From contig NC_068999.1 in assembly GCF_001194135.2 (NCBI RefSeq), forward strand, positions 7,532,835 through 7,596,834: a stretch of 64,000 bases of DNA, in the 5' to 3' direction. A program made the position numbers and the translations under genes. Positions 38,241-52,874 of the stretch are shown piece by piece. Under the pieces are notes generated by a model that was not told the DNA's origin, searched no databases, and saw only the letters and a program-made list of their open reading frames with translations. The DNA comes from Octopus bimaculoides (taxonomy: Eukaryota). Positions within the stretch are counted from its first letter, which is position 1, and every line of letters starts with the position of its first letter.

Positions 38241-39770
38241 CTTAATAATCGATGATAATTACTTCCAAAATTTATGACATGTTACGTGTCTATATATTTG
38301 TATTAGAAGAATCAACGAGCTAGCAGAACCATTAACGGTAGAATAACGCACCAGGTTAGTACAAGAGTCGATGTAATCTACTTACCCACTCTCCATAAAA
38401 TCTCTGGTTTTCTGCCAAAATTTCAAAGGATATATTTGGATTAGACTTTTCCCTACATAAACAAACATTTGCATATATACAATCTATTAATACAGATTAT
38501 AAACACAAAAGTCTGTTAGGTAAATTACCAACGTTTTGCAAGTCTCGTTCAACAGTATGTCACCAGTTCAACCACAGTTATTACATTGTTTTTTCCTAAT
38601 TGACTGATAAACACAAACTGAGGATGCAGTTAGAGCGTTTGATAGAATAGCCAAGAGAATGTCTTCCAAGCATCTACACTCTGAGTTCAAATACAGGTGA
38701 GGTTAAATCCACGTTTCATCCATTCGAAGTCGATAAAAATATATCCATCTGGAGATATGAGTTAATGGAGCTGTAGGAAACACTCAGCCTGATACCATAC
38801 GGCATTTGATCTAGCGACTTAGGTTCTGAGATCAAATGCCATTTTTGCCTACTTTATTGGGAGACTTAATCTATTTATGTGCCTCGGCGATGGTTTATCG
38901 TTGTGTCGGCAACAAGTTGGTTTCGCAACCGCATAGTTTCAGGTTCGGTCCTATTGCACGGCACCATGGGTGACTTCTATTAAAGCCTCTCACTGATAAA
39001 TGTGTTGGGAATAAATTAAGTTGATACAAAGCACGTGTAAGACCGTGTGTGTGTGTGTGCGCGCGCGGTGGCTGTGTGCACAAATTTGTAACCGTCTCTC
39101 AAATCTTGACAACTCTGTTGATTTGTTTACGTTCCCGAAATTTATTAGTTCGCACAAAAAACAAGAGAGAGATCGTCAAAATAATTACCTGACTTCAAAG
39201 CAAGTAGCACCAGCATGGTCGCAGCTCTAATTACTCGAACAAATAAAAAATAACAGTACAAATTGATAGATAAATAAATAAATAAATACTAGATGAGAAA
39301 TAAAGGAAGTTTTGCTCATCAGAAGAACAGAAAAAGAATTGCGAGGCTACCGTGAAAATCTATATATATTTACACACACACACAGACACACAAACACACA
39401 CACACACACACACACACCTTTTTAACATTAAAGCTCTTGCGTATAGGACTTAATTTACACCGAAATGTGAAATATAAGTAATAACTGTAAGGAGAAAAAT
39501 AAAGTAGAAAAAAAAATATAATTAAAAAGAAAACACACCTAAAAACAAAACGAAAAACAAAACGAAAAAAAAAACCAATCTGAAATACAGAAAAAACGGA
39601 AGATAATCATCCAGACCTGTTTAACAGTTGTATTAACTACGTCTTACAAAGTGGCGCCAGTAATCTGAAGTTAAAAAAAGTACCAAGGTAGGAGCGGTCC
39701 AATAATTTGCTCAGGGAACGCAACTAGTAGAATTTTATTAGTTATGACACTAAGAAGATTTAAAACATAC

Positions 39771-39886
39771 CTCTTAGCATCTGTAACTGCCTGGAGGTAA
39801 ATAACTTCATAAGTATCAACTATTTCCTTATTGTGAGTTTTTCTTGTTTTTTTTTTTAGCACTTCCAAACGCCTGTTCTCGACGAT
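39771..39886 (-). CDS. Candidate internal exon (phase 0 to 2)
   Basis: Strong donor AG/GTATGT; frame IVENRRLEVLKKKTRKTHNKEIVDTYEVIYLQAVTDAK(R) joins in phase to the 31953 exon; weak acceptor (alternative acceptor at 39791-39792 would give a 20-nt exon). Confidence 0.3.
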
Positions 39887-40607
39887 CTACACGTTGTTTA
39901 TGTTGTTGCAATCATTGGAGAGGTGAAGTTTTGTTGCCGTTAGGCGTTATAATGAGAAACTTCGGTTAACATGATGCTTAAAATGAAACGATTTATACGT
40001 TCATAATCGTAAAAAAATATAAAGATCATAAACAAAATATAGCGTAGGCTTTCGTATTAGAACTTAATATAAATACAGAAGCAAAAATTAAACTTGTTTA
40101 GGAAGAATGTTTAGCAAGTTATTCCCATTTCTCATTGAAAAATACNNNNNNNNNNNNNNNNNNNNNNNNNNNNNNNNNNNNNNNNNNNNNNNNNNNNNNN
40201 NNNNNNNNNNNNNNNNNNNNNNNNNNNNNNNNNNNNNNNNNNNNNNNNNNNNNNNNNNNNNNNNNNNNNNNNNNNNNNNNNNNNNNNNNNNNNNNNNNNN
40301 NNNNNNNNNNNNNNNNNNNNNNNNNNNNNNNNNNNNNNNNNNNNNNNNNNNNNNNNNNNNNNNNNNNNNNNNNNNNNNNNNNNNNNNNNNNNNNNNNNNN
40401 NNNNNNNNNNNNNNNNNNNNNNNNNNNNNNNNNNNNNNNNNNNNNNNNNNNNNNNNNNNNNNNNNNNNNNNNNNNNNNNNNNNNNNNNNNNNNNNNNNNN
40501 NNNNNNNNNNNNNNNNNNNNNNNNNNNNNNNNNNNNNNNNNNNNNNNNNNNNNNNNNNNNNNNNNNNNNNNNNNTATATATATACATACATACATACATA
40601 CACACAC

Positions 40608-40655
<48 letters not shown>

Positions 40656-41049
40656 GAGTATACACACACAAAAAACATATATATATATACGAGTATGTAT
40701 GTAGATATTGACGGTTGTTTTTGAAGGATTTCTCAGTACTTTCAGTGGAACATGTGTTCATTAAACTTACACAATAAAACGACTATCAGTGAGTTTGAAG
40801 ATCCGTATTATATTTATATATTGTCCTCAGGTACTTTTTGGCAAATTTTTGTCAAATTTTGTGCAGTATAGTGTCTTGCGATTGCTGCTTATACATGAAT
40901 TGCAAGCTTACGGGAAAGAGCTGTACTCATGTGGCCTATATAAGACATGGACGCGTAAAGTTTACAACCCAAATGGTTGATTCTTCGATCATTTCGAGTT
41001 TGTTCTCAGGTTCGCATGCTTGTTGTGTTTTATCGATAAAGCATCTTTG

Positions 41050-41450
41050 AATTAGAAAATTACTATTTGTAAATCTCACAATGAAAGATATTCAGCAACA
41101 GTACTTTGGAGTAAAGATTGTTTGCCAACATAACATGGCAGTCCTGGTTTAGGACGAATGTTGCTGTAATTTAACCCCAGGAGACATCGTCTCCAGCTGG
41201 CTATACGACACGATTGGTGTCCTTATATTTTTGAACAAGGGAATCTAGCACCCCCTCTCAGCTCAAAACAATACCTGTATCGCGATTTCCGGGTAATTTC
41301 CCTTCATCAGCACGAAATAATTGTTCGGCTGCCAAATTCCCGTTCGAAATATATAGTGTTCAAAGTCACTAATCTATAAATTAGAAAATTACTGTTCGTA
41401 AATCTCACAACAAGAGATATTTAGTATCTTTGTTTATGGCGTTTGGAGTA
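41050..41450 (-). mobile_element. Terminally redundant ~330-bp element containing a hammerhead motif
   Basis: aattagaaaattact.tt.gtaaatctcacaa...agatatt repeats at 41050 and 41379 (offset 329); minus strand CGTG-CTGATGA-A-GGGAAATTACCC-G-GAAA-TCGCGA-TA-CAGG at 41274-41314. Confidence 0.65.
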
Positions 41451-43282
41451 ATACTTTGATCCTGTAAATGCGACGATCTATTATGATACCAAGAAGTATT
41501 ATGTTGTATCGCATTGCAGGTAATTGAATTGTATGTATTCCGGGTTTATGTATTCTAGAGCAGCGCCTTTCAAATCGACTCCATTTCAGATTTTATCGCA
41601 TCAAATCATGAGTGAACATATTCAATATTTGAACCAGAACGTAGTGACGTAATAAATACGACAACGTTTTCTTTTTAAAATATTCTCAAAATTAAAAATA
41701 ATAATTCTCGATTTCTGTAATAGACACCAAGTTTATATTAACTATAGCCAGTCAGCGAATTAATGTAATCGACGATCTTACGTTATATAAATCATTATAT
41801 GAATACCATCTGGTATGTTCTTATTTCATTTTGATGCGTTTTGCGTTCGTTTAATGAGGATTTTGAATATAGATTTGAGTCTTCAATATTTGCTATATAT
41901 TAAAAATTCAAAGCTACTACATAATTTCCTTTATATGGATCAAATATATAACAACTATCGAACAGAATGATGGATTCACAGAAGTGTTTCAGCGCCGGAC
42001 GAAATGTCCTGCAGCTTTTTTTCTGGTTCTTTACGTTGTGCACTGAAGTTCCATCACCTTCAACTTTGCATTTAATCCTTATTGGGTTGATAGAATGGAA
42101 TATCATTGGAGTGCCAGAATCGATATAGCGAACTTACTCCTTATCCAAAATGTGTCTATATTACTCACAAATATTTATTCTTATGCTAAGAACGTTATAT
42201 ATTCAAAATTTAGTGATAGTTTTACCGCCGATGTTGCTGTTATTTTGAGACCACAAGTAAATTCTGATCGAACAGAGATTGTCGATCCACCAATGATGGT
42301 GAAACCCGATATACCTCTTTGACAAATATCACATGAATTGATTCAGTGAAGAATATTATGCACAGCTCCATATAAAGTGATGAATTAAACTTCCGGGGTG
42401 AAACCATATGCATGTTGTAACTACACGACTTCGACATCGCGACACAGTTATTCTGAAAAGCAATCTACCATAAGAAATAAAAAGAATATTTTTTCTTCGA
42501 CAAATGCAACAAACTGTTCTGACTGTTTAGTTCTGCAACGAAATATTCCATTCGTCTGTTTTCCTTTGTATTATCGTACATTCCTCAGCGTCAAATGGCA
42601 GCAGATTCTACTGCTGCTTGTTCCACATAAAATACGTTATACGTAGAAGAGCATCTCAAACAAGACGATGGTTTTTCTTTTTAACCAACTATGGAAAGAA
42701 TTCTGCTTCGTAAAAATCCAGTAAATCTTTCGAGCTCCCTGCTTCAAGAAGCGCATTTTTTAAGGATGCTTACTAAATTATCTAACATCATATATGCAAA
42801 TACATGCATAAATACATGCGTAGATATGCAGATACATGCATACATATATACTATTATACACACATTGAGAGAGAGAGAGAGAGAGAGAGAGTGAGATAGA
42901 GAGAGTGAGATAGAGAGAGGGTAACAATTACGAAAACTTCAGCTTCTCTATGTACACAGATTATCAATTCACATTTATACTAATAATTGGTGCCCCACTT
43001 CTAAATGTAAATGCGTAAAAGGTAAACCGGAAAAGCTAGGCTTTTCAGAGATAGAAATCCACCAGTTAATTAGGACATTATAAACACAGTATCAAAGTGG
43101 AGGAATAAAGAATATGCAAGAGTTTGCTTACGTGGAAAATGTGAATTCGTTTATGGTGCATTTATGGCAATGAAGGAGCTTTGCATCTTTGTTATAAGAG
43201 TTCTCTTTCGTTCTGGGAAGACTCCAAATGATTAACAATAGACCATACGTACCTACGTTCTTACATGGATACATATATACGT

Positions 43283-43332
<50 letters not shown>

Positions 43333-44764
43333 GGGGTTATAACCTGTTAATACCAGATAATCGGTGTATTGTTTCTTTGATGTTCAAATAACGATACCAA
43401 TGTTTAGCTCATTATGTAAATATTAACAGTCTGTAAACGATACTTGTTCAGAAGTAAAATACCTGTAGGAATGTCGACATTTCTATCAACACCTCTAATG
43501 AAAGCCATTATATATTGTTCTCGTAACTAGATTTTGTTATCAACGTTTTTGTTCTTCAGTGATTTGGATGAAATATAAGAAATAGATGCTAGGCCAGTTT
43601 TCTGAATAGGAGATTAACCTAGACACATACAAATAAACAACAATATATAGTTACTTGTACGTGTTTCTACATACATATTTGTCTTTGTCTACGTCTCTCC
43701 GACAAAAAGTAGAAGCACACGTCCTCACACGTACACAGCCGCACCCACACACATACATATACATGCATACACACATATACTCAAGTACATACACAAACAC
43801 ACACACACATATATAAATAAATACATATATTATAGGTATTAGCTAGATCAAGTGAGAGGTGTTAAGATGGATTCCAGGTGGGGATGAGGCACAGTTATAT
43901 GGCCATCTCTGCTGACCCATCAATGGGAAGGTGCTATAGTTCAGGGTCGAAACATCGCTGGATACCATCTGATAACATAATTTCCTCCTGACCAAAGCTC
44001 CCTTCGCTTTGATGTAAAATAAAGAAACACCTACTATAATTATATATAAGTATATATGCATAAACACGCACGCACACACTCACACACACTCACACACAAA
44101 CACACAAACACACACACACACACACACGTCCATAAATATGTGTGTGTGTGTGTGTATTTGTATCTTTATATGACTTTGTGTAAGCATTTGATACTTCTTT
44201 CTACTGATATATTAAAAGGATCATCCGTTTATAACATCTTATAAATCCTTTATGTTCAGTAGCGCTCCAGCTTTGGCTACCACATCATTGAGTACACTAT
44301 CCAATCCGTCCTTACACGTCTTTGAGTGCATCATCCAATACGTTCTTTTTCTTTTTCCTAAAACCTATAAGAATGACTTGACAGGCATTTGATTGATTGC
44401 AATTTTCTTAGATTATTTCAATGAAGAAATGAAATATGTTCGTGTTTTCGTTTTATGTTTTTATAGTAGATTAGTTTGGGAATTATAATTTCGTAATATA
44501 ACTCCGAATAGACGCTATTATAAATAGTGACAGTTGAAGAAAGTATCTTAATAAAGCACTATTGATGTTGACGGAAAGATGAAATGCTAAATTCATTTTC
44601 AAGGAGGTAAACAAATTACGAAAGTAAATGAGGCCTGAATCAATAATGATTTCCATCGTTTTTATAACGCTTATTATAATTGATTTGATGACTATATGAG
44701 CTTCATTGATATTGTGCTCTAATTATTGAAATTTTTAGTAATGAAAAGAAGTCTTTATTGGGCA

Positions 44765-45245
44765 GAAGAGGAATTGTCTATTACTGGCTCAGCCTTGGTG
44801 ATTTACGGCAAAATTTCTCTCCCTGTCGCCTTGCGCTTATAAAAGGTTAAATTCGAACGCTACTATAAAACGACAACGCCCGCCCTCATATCGCCAATAT
44901 GACCAAGGAAGCCATTCAAACGCATGGCTGGGAAGTGCTACCACATCCTCCGTACTCTTCTGATGTGACGCCAACGGATTTCCACCTCTTTCGATCTCTT
45001 TCAAATGCTATGCGCGGAGTTTCGTTCAACACTGATGCAGAATTTAGAGCTTGGTTGGATCAATTTTTCGAGTCGAAATCGGGTGATTTCTATCAAAGAG
45101 GTATTGAAAATCTTGTTGAACGTTCGGAAGAAGTTGTAAACAACATGTGTGAATACATTATTGATTAATTAGTTGTTATTTTTTATTAAACCCTTTAAAA
45201 AATATAAATTAAAAAAAAAACGCGGGAACTTAGTTGCCAACCCAA
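44765..45245 (+). mobile_element. Mariner 3' fragment with right TIR
   Basis: GIVYY..., LL*NDNARPH, WEVLPHPPYSSDVTPTDFHLFRSLSN...FFESKSGDFYQRGIENLVERSEEVVNNMCEYIID*; terminal gggaacttagttgccaaccc. Confidence 0.85.
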
Positions 45246-45397
45246 AATGTATGCATTATGTATGTATATATGTATGTGTGGTTGTATGTATTATGTATTT
45301 ATATGCATGTGTGTTTGTGTGTGTGCGTGTGTGGAGTTGCGTGGCTCAGTGTGTTACACACAATATGGTATGTATATGTATGGTATGTATATGTATG

Positions 45398-45440
<43 letters not shown>

Positions 45441-45884
45441 NNNNNNNNNNNNNNNNNNNNNNNNNNNNNNNNNNNNNNNNNNATGCACACATACATATGC
45501 ATACAAAAGCACTCATTTATAGAACGTGTGGAAAATCCGCTGCTACAAGAATGATTACAACCTTCTAAGGCTAAGCAATTGATACTTAGAAAATCTCTGG
45601 CTAGCTTACTTTCTCTAATTCATTCGAACCTGTTTCATTTTGCAGTAAGAAGTCATCAATATATTGTAATATTCAGATTGGAATTTTATTGATGTCTTCC
45701 ATTATTAATGGCTCCTGTTATTTGGATAAACTTTAGAATGACTACTTTAATACATAGAAAATTCTGTATATTTTCATATAGAAGCCATTTTATGTTGTCT
45801 AAGAAGCCAGTAATTATTCCTATGCATATTTTCTGATTTATTTCAAATTCCAGCAGCTGCATTTTAAAAAGGAAATGCTACTTC

Positions 45885-45952
<68 letters not shown>

Positions 45953-46085
45953 TTCACACGCCCCCACACGCACGCCCACATAATACAACACACACATATA
46001 TATATACGAGTGTGTGTGTATGTATATGCATATATACATACACACATTCTTGCATAAACACACATATATACATATATGTAAGCTA

Positions 46086-46154
<69 letters not shown>

Positions 46155-46167
46155 CTATATAAAGATA

Positions 46168-46208
<41 letters not shown>

Positions 46209-47379
46209 GTTGTGTGTGTATATATATATGTATATGTATATATATGTGTTGTGTGCATATATACACGTGTGTGTGTTTATGTATGTGTGTAGTGTGTAAA
46301 TTTCTGTTCAAAATAATCCAATGTTTGTTAATCTTTGATGGTATATCTCAAACATCACCATTGTTAGATTCTCTGTTTTTTTTTTATTATTAACATATGT
46401 TTCTTTCAGAAAGAAGTCAATTGTGAGATATATGTTACAATCAGGATTTTATGTATTAATAATATATTACTACGAGTCTATATTCACTGTTAATTATCGA
46501 TAATTACTTTCATGGACTCGAATATATGTCTTTCCCTCTGATATCAATTCGTTATCAGAATTAGTGTGAGTTTGAAAATTCTTTTTTCCTTTTCCTTGAT
46601 ATGATTAAACGAATGCACTGTGTTTCACCTGTTGTGTTAACCTCAAGCTATAAATGTTATATATATCTTCTAATTTCCTTCGTCGTCTATTTTTTTTCGA
46701 TCTACTACATCATGTAAACAACAGGTGAGAATGATTTCTTCTATAGCGTCATCTGGATTCCCAACAATTCTAGGGCTCTAGACAGGTTCCTTAGAGGAGA
46801 AAATCTTGTAGTAATTTTATCCACGACTGTGTTTTGTCGAAGGTTGTTTTCGTTACTGCTACGCTCTCGCTTTCCTTAAACTATTTTCTGTTGTTAAACA
46901 AATGAAAGAAGAGTGTATTGAAGAATTTTAGAATATGCGCCAATCTGCTGCAGATTAAACTATAGTGATTAAACAAGTGAACAAGCAGCATATACGTAGA
47001 TACACACTTGTACGTACATGTACACAAATATATTATGTACATACATATACCCCTCACACTCATATATATATATATATATATATACATATATANNNNNNNN
47101 NNNNNNNNNNNNNNNNNNNNNNNNNNNNNNNNNNNNNNNNNNNNNNNNNNNNNNNNNNNNNNNNNNNNNNNNNNNNNNNNNNNNNNNNNNNNNNNNNNNN
47201 NNNNNNNNNNNNNNNNNNNNNNNNNNNNNNNNNNNNNNNNNNNNNNNNNNNNNNNNNNNNNNNNNNNNNNNNNNNNNNNNNNNNNNNTATATATATATAT
47301 ATATATATTTACAGACATACATATATAGTCGAAATGTATATAGTTTGCAGAAAACGAATGACGAAGGCGGTTGAAAGAA

Positions 47380-47520
47380 ATAACAAGCAGGTGTATTAAT
47401 TTGACGCTCGGGAGGAATTGAATAGTCTTTGACGTTTCCAGCCTACGCTCTTCGACACAAAGGATTGAGAGACAAAACAATAAACCGAGAATGGACGAAA
47501 AATATCACGCAGAGAAAAAT
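47380..47520 (-). mobile_element. Decayed copy of the 25.1/27.3-kb hammerhead-bearing repeat
   Basis: Minus strand cctttGTGTCGAAGAGCGTAGGCTGGAAACGTCAAAGA; flanks similar to 27300-27400. Confidence 0.55.
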
Positions 47521-48388
47521 AAAAATGTGTAGCGATTAACGTTTCGGCATGTCTTATGATTTAACTCACTCACCGGTTAAATTTTCACTCATTTTCTTCT
47601 TTAATTTTCTAAAATTTTCGTTGCGTCTTGCGACCTTTTCAATAGTTTTGACTCTGACCGTTATTCACACTGCGTTCCTTTTTTGTTTGCGCGCATGTGT
47701 GTGGCTTAGTGTATGTGTGTGCATATACATGCATGTACGCATGCATGAATGCATGTATTTATGCATGTATGTGTATACATTTGTATGTATGTATTCTGAA
47801 TATTCATCTGTTTGCGTGTCCGTGTTTGTGTGTTTTTAAGCATGTATGTGTGTGTGTTTGTCTATGTGTGTGCGTACCTCTTTTTTTCCTTGTGTGTTCA
47901 TGTCTGAGAGTACGTGTGTGTGTGGGGCGGGATATGTATGAAATGAAACGAAAAATATATACAGAACTACATACACCACATTCAATTCTCTGGATATCAT
48001 CAGAAAGATAGGGTTCGAATACACAACCTAACTACCATTCAAATGAGCGCAACATACCTAGGAAAAGTTTTAACGGCAATAGAGACCAGATAAAACCAAG
48101 ATTAACTTCAACCCATTACAGTCTGGCGATGGTTTCGCCGGCCCAAAATTCGAAGTCACTGTGAATAATCTTCTTCATAAAGAATAATGAATTTGTGCTC
48201 TACAACAGTATGGCGTAAAGCATAATGTAAAATTTCTTTATTATAACTGACGATGAAAAGAAACATGAATATTAATACATATATATAATAACGATATACA
48301 CACACATTCACATAGTCTTCATATATATATATATGTGTGTGTGTGTGTATTAGTTTGTTTATGTGTGCGCATATATATATATATATAT

Positions 48389-48947
48389 GTACATACACAA
48401 ATATGCATATATGTGCCTATATATGTGTAGAGAGCGAAGAAAAAGAGAGAAAGAGAGAGATAGAATGAAAGAGAAAGACAGAAAATGATCAGGTGAATTG
48501 GACTCTGCAGTTGGTCTTGAGAAGCACGCTTCATGGACGTTGGCCATAGAAAAGCTGAAATGGTTTTGTATGTCTCTCAGGACGCCACAAAGTCATTATT
48601 CAAAAATTCCACAAAACATCACCAGNNNNNNNNNNNNNNNNNNNNNNNNNNNNNNNNNNNNNNNNNNNNNNNNNNNNNNNNNNNNNNNNNNNNNNNNNNN
48701 NNNNNNNNNNNNNNNNNNNNNNNNNNNNNNNNNNNNNNNNNNNNNNNNNNNNNNNNNNNNNNNNNNNNNNNNNNNNNNNNNNNNNNNNNNNNNNNNNNNN
48801 NNNNNNNNNNNNNNNNNNNNNNNNNNNNNNNNNNNNNNNNNNNNNNNNNNNNNNNNNNNNNNNNNNNNNNNNNNNNNNNNNNNNNNNNNNNNNNNNNNNN
48901 NNNNNNNNNNNNNNNNNNNNNNNNNNNNNNNNNNNNNNNNNNNNATA

Positions 48948-48984
<37 letters not shown>

Positions 48985-49221
48985 GTACATACACAAATAT
49001 GCATATATGTGCCTATATATGTGTAGAGAGCGAAGAAAAAGAGAGAAAGAGAGAGATAGAATGAAAGAGAAAGACAGAAAATGATCAGGTGAATTGGACT
49101 CTGCAGTTGGTCTTGAGAAGCACGCTTCATGGACGTTGGCCATAGAAAAGCTGAAATGGTTTTGTATGTCTCTCAGGACGCCACAAAGTCATTATTCAAA
49201 AATTCCACAAAACATCACCAG
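48389..49221. repeat. Identical 237-bp direct duplication across a gap (probable assembly artefact)
   Basis: 48389-48625 is identical to 48985-49221; the first copy ends exactly at the N-run. Confidence 0.9.
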
Positions 49222-49977
49222 AAAATATATAATAAAAACCGTTTCATCTATCTTTTGTGATATATACTGTGTTGGAACACATCATAAGAAATCTATGACA
49301 GGTGTTATCTCGGGAAAAATGTTGCAATAACTGGCTCAACAACAATGCGTATAGACATTAAGTATGATGCACTGATGCCTATTTTGAATACTACTTTAAG
49401 TTGCGTAGTGTGAATATTTAATTTGCGGCGTGGCTATTCACAACATCCGTCCATCTTTTTAACATATCAGAAACTAAGTGTTTGACGCATTTCATTGAAC
49501 TGTTTGCATCTTATTCCTGCAATTATCAAAATAAATTTTTTGGATTTGCTTTGCAAGATTCTTTATGTGAATTCGTGTGTTGAAGCATATTTTATTGTGT
49601 ATGGGGGGAGTCATTCTCTTGTAGTACCTTATTATTTAACACACTCACCAGTTCAATTTTCACTCATTTACTTAATTATTTTTCTAAAATTTTCGTTGCG
49701 TCTCGCAACCTTTACATTTCAGTCGGTAATTATCTTTCTTTTCATAAGTAGTTAAAGGAATGTGATGTGCTAAATTTTGAACTCTCGGAATATAAATGTT
49801 GAATATCTTTCTTTGCGAGTTCGAAGTTGCCACTGGCACATTCGAACCGGTAATAACTTTTATACACATCACTGCTTTGCGCGCCCACCCCGCAATTTAT
49901 TTACGGTGAGCCGACGATTAAGGCTATCAGCCTATGTACGATGAGTGGAATAGCATAAAAGAGATTGCCTCTCTTAC

Positions 49978-50183
49978 CAGCTCGCGTTGCCACCATCACG
50001 TTTCTGAGACTGAAGAAGAGATAACGAATTATTTGCAACTCCCTGTTTGGATATGTAGTTCCGCAACCAGCTGGTTCTGTTGTTTTCATCAAGTGTTTGG
50101 TTGTCGCTTCTCTGCTCTTTGATTTCTTTCGCGTACATAGTGTAGTGTATTATTGATGTGATATCAAGCAAAAACACGTATAC
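49978..50183 (-). CDS. Candidate internal exon
   Basis: Strong donor CTG/GTAAGA; open frame from (TG)nTAG: VYVFLLDITSIIHYTMYAKEIKEQRSDNQTLDENNRTSWLRNYISKQGVANNSLSLLQSQKRDGGNAS(W); a second frame is also open near the donor. Confidence 0.3.
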
Positions 50184-50196
50184 CTACACACACACA

Positions 50197-50235
<39 letters not shown>

Positions 50236-50333
50236 GTGCGTGGATCGCAAATATATATTACATATATGGAATGTTTATCTTACTACTCGAAATCCATTGT
50301 ACTTTTTATATTACACCAGCATACACACACAAA

Positions 50334-50381
<48 letters not shown>

Positions 50382-51607
50382 TACACACGCGTAGTTCTAT
50401 ACTTCTTTCGCTCAATTTATATATCTATACACTTGCATTTGTTCATTAAAATATATTGAAATTTCCAAATGGAATTTCCAGATCACCAGCAATAAATAAT
50501 AATTAATTACTTTAGAAATGTATCAAATTATACATATATTTTATCCCACAAACTACAAATTTCTTAGCGATAAACACGATGTGAATATAGTTTCTTTACT
50601 TCTATATAACGTAAAATTTACCAACGATATTTTATTGACTGAAGTGACATTGCTAAATTAAACTCAGGGTATATATTATAGTTAGGATTGATTTCCAAAG
50701 AAGCCTTTAAGCTAATTCATATATTCTTATGGAAAGTTTTCAGCTCATATACTTCTTAACAATGATTTTATTAAAAATTATGTAAATATCCTTATCGTTT
50801 TCTTCACACCTTATTTTAGTCTACTTAACTTCGTTGAACGATATCTGTAACACAATTTTTTGAAATGTTAGATAAACGACGCAAGTAGACTTGTTTCTTC
50901 AACCAGACCAAAAATATCTGTTTAACACATGATGCAAGAAAAATCAATATGGACTTAGCCTCGGGTAGAAGCTAATCATAGTGAGAATAACAAAAGTGTG
51001 CGTATATATGTAAGAATATGTGTACGTGTATATGTGAGCCTCTACATGCACAAATCTGGTGCAGTTAAAGAAAGAAGGAGAGTGAGAGAGAGAAATACAG
51101 AGCAAGACAGAGAAATACAGAACGAGACAAAGAAATAAAGAGAAAGACAATTGGGTACAGTTTACAGTTTTTATATTTCTTTCCGATGCTATACCAAGAA
51201 AATTCTGAATGTTATAATTAGTTAACTTCTATATTTATTAAACAAAGCATCATTAAATTATATAAGATGTATGTAAAAGTTTAAATCTAAGAATTCTATC
51301 ACGCTTTTCTGATCTAAGAATCGCTAATTCCTTATCATAATTTTGTAACAATGACGAACCGTTATAGAGGTTGCTATCGAGGGATCTGCTATAAGAAGTA
51401 AACAACACGAGAAGTTTAGCAAAATAGTATATGAATGCGGTAGGAACAAGCTGACATATTTGATGTTTACTGAAGTGGTCAAAATAATAAACAATCATGT
51501 AAACCGACAAGGCAAACAAGTGCATGCTCTGCAAACCCTTCTTATGTAAAAAGCCAGTGCATTACGAATACAGACTGGCCAATGCAAAATAATACCTATG
51601 CATATAG

Positions 51608-51668
<61 letters not shown>

Positions 51669-52104
51669 AATTGAGGGAGTGGAGCAAGTAAAATCTAGGC
51701 TACGTATTTCCCGTATCTTGCAGAACCTCCTCTGTGAGTTACCTTGGGTCCCTCGATGACAATGTAATCTCTATTTAACTAAAGTAGATTTGGCTTGATG
51801 AGTACCTAGTGGAATACCCCTCATTGAGTAATCATTAGTTCTGAGGTATTTTGCTCGCTAGGAAGCATACATAGTCTGGATTTTACCTGCTCCATTCCCT
51901 TAATATGGATTTTTGTTCGCCTACATAGCAAACTTAGTTGCTCACCTTGAACTATAATACAACTTTCTCCAACTGATCGAACATCGATGTAGGGAAAGGT
52001 TACAGCTTTCTACGCCAATAATCGACTATTGTTCCTGAAAGTTACTTTTATACACGCTCTGTGGACTGCTCGAATATTACTAGTTATCTGAACCTGGACC
52101 CATG

Positions 52105-52157
<53 letters not shown>

Positions 52158-52421
52158 NNNNNNNNNNNNNNNNNNNNNNNNNNNNNNNNNNNNNNNNNNN
52201 NNNNNNNNNNNNNNNNNNNNNNNNNNNNNNNNNNNNNNNNNNNNNNNNNNNNNNNNNNNNNNNNNNNNNNNNNNNNNNNNNNNNNNNNNNNNNNNNNNNN
52301 NNNNNNNNNNNNNNNNNNNNNNNNNNNNNNNNNNNNNNNNNNNNNNNNNNNNNNNNNNNNNNNNNNNNNNNNNNNNNNNNNNNNNNNNNNNNNNNNNNNN
52401 NNNNNNNNNNNNNNNNNNNNN

Positions 52422-52456
<35 letters not shown>

Positions 52457-52729
52457 ATATATATATGTATATCTATATCTATATCTATATCTATATCTAT
52501 ATATATATATGCATGTAACATTTATATGTATGTATATATTTAGATAGATGTGAATACTTGCGTGTGTCTCTGTTTTGTGCATACATGCATGCATGCATGC
52601 ACCTATGTATGTATGTATGTATGCAATTGTCAAAATATTTCCCAAAGATATTCATAATTACATAGTTCTGCAAGAAATATCAAAAGCGCAACGATAGCAA
52701 CATATGCAGCAAATATCACAACCACTATA

Positions 52730-52774
52730 CTACTACTACTACTACTAATGATGATGATGACGATGATGATGATA

Positions 52775-52809
<35 letters not shown>

Positions 52810-52821
52810 AATAATGATGAT

Positions 52822-52874
<53 letters not shown>

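Noticed and set aside
42210-42320. GISGFTIIGG as a PDZ-like or cNMP-domain exon
   Set aside because: All three frames are locally open, splice sites are modest, and the rest of either domain is missing.
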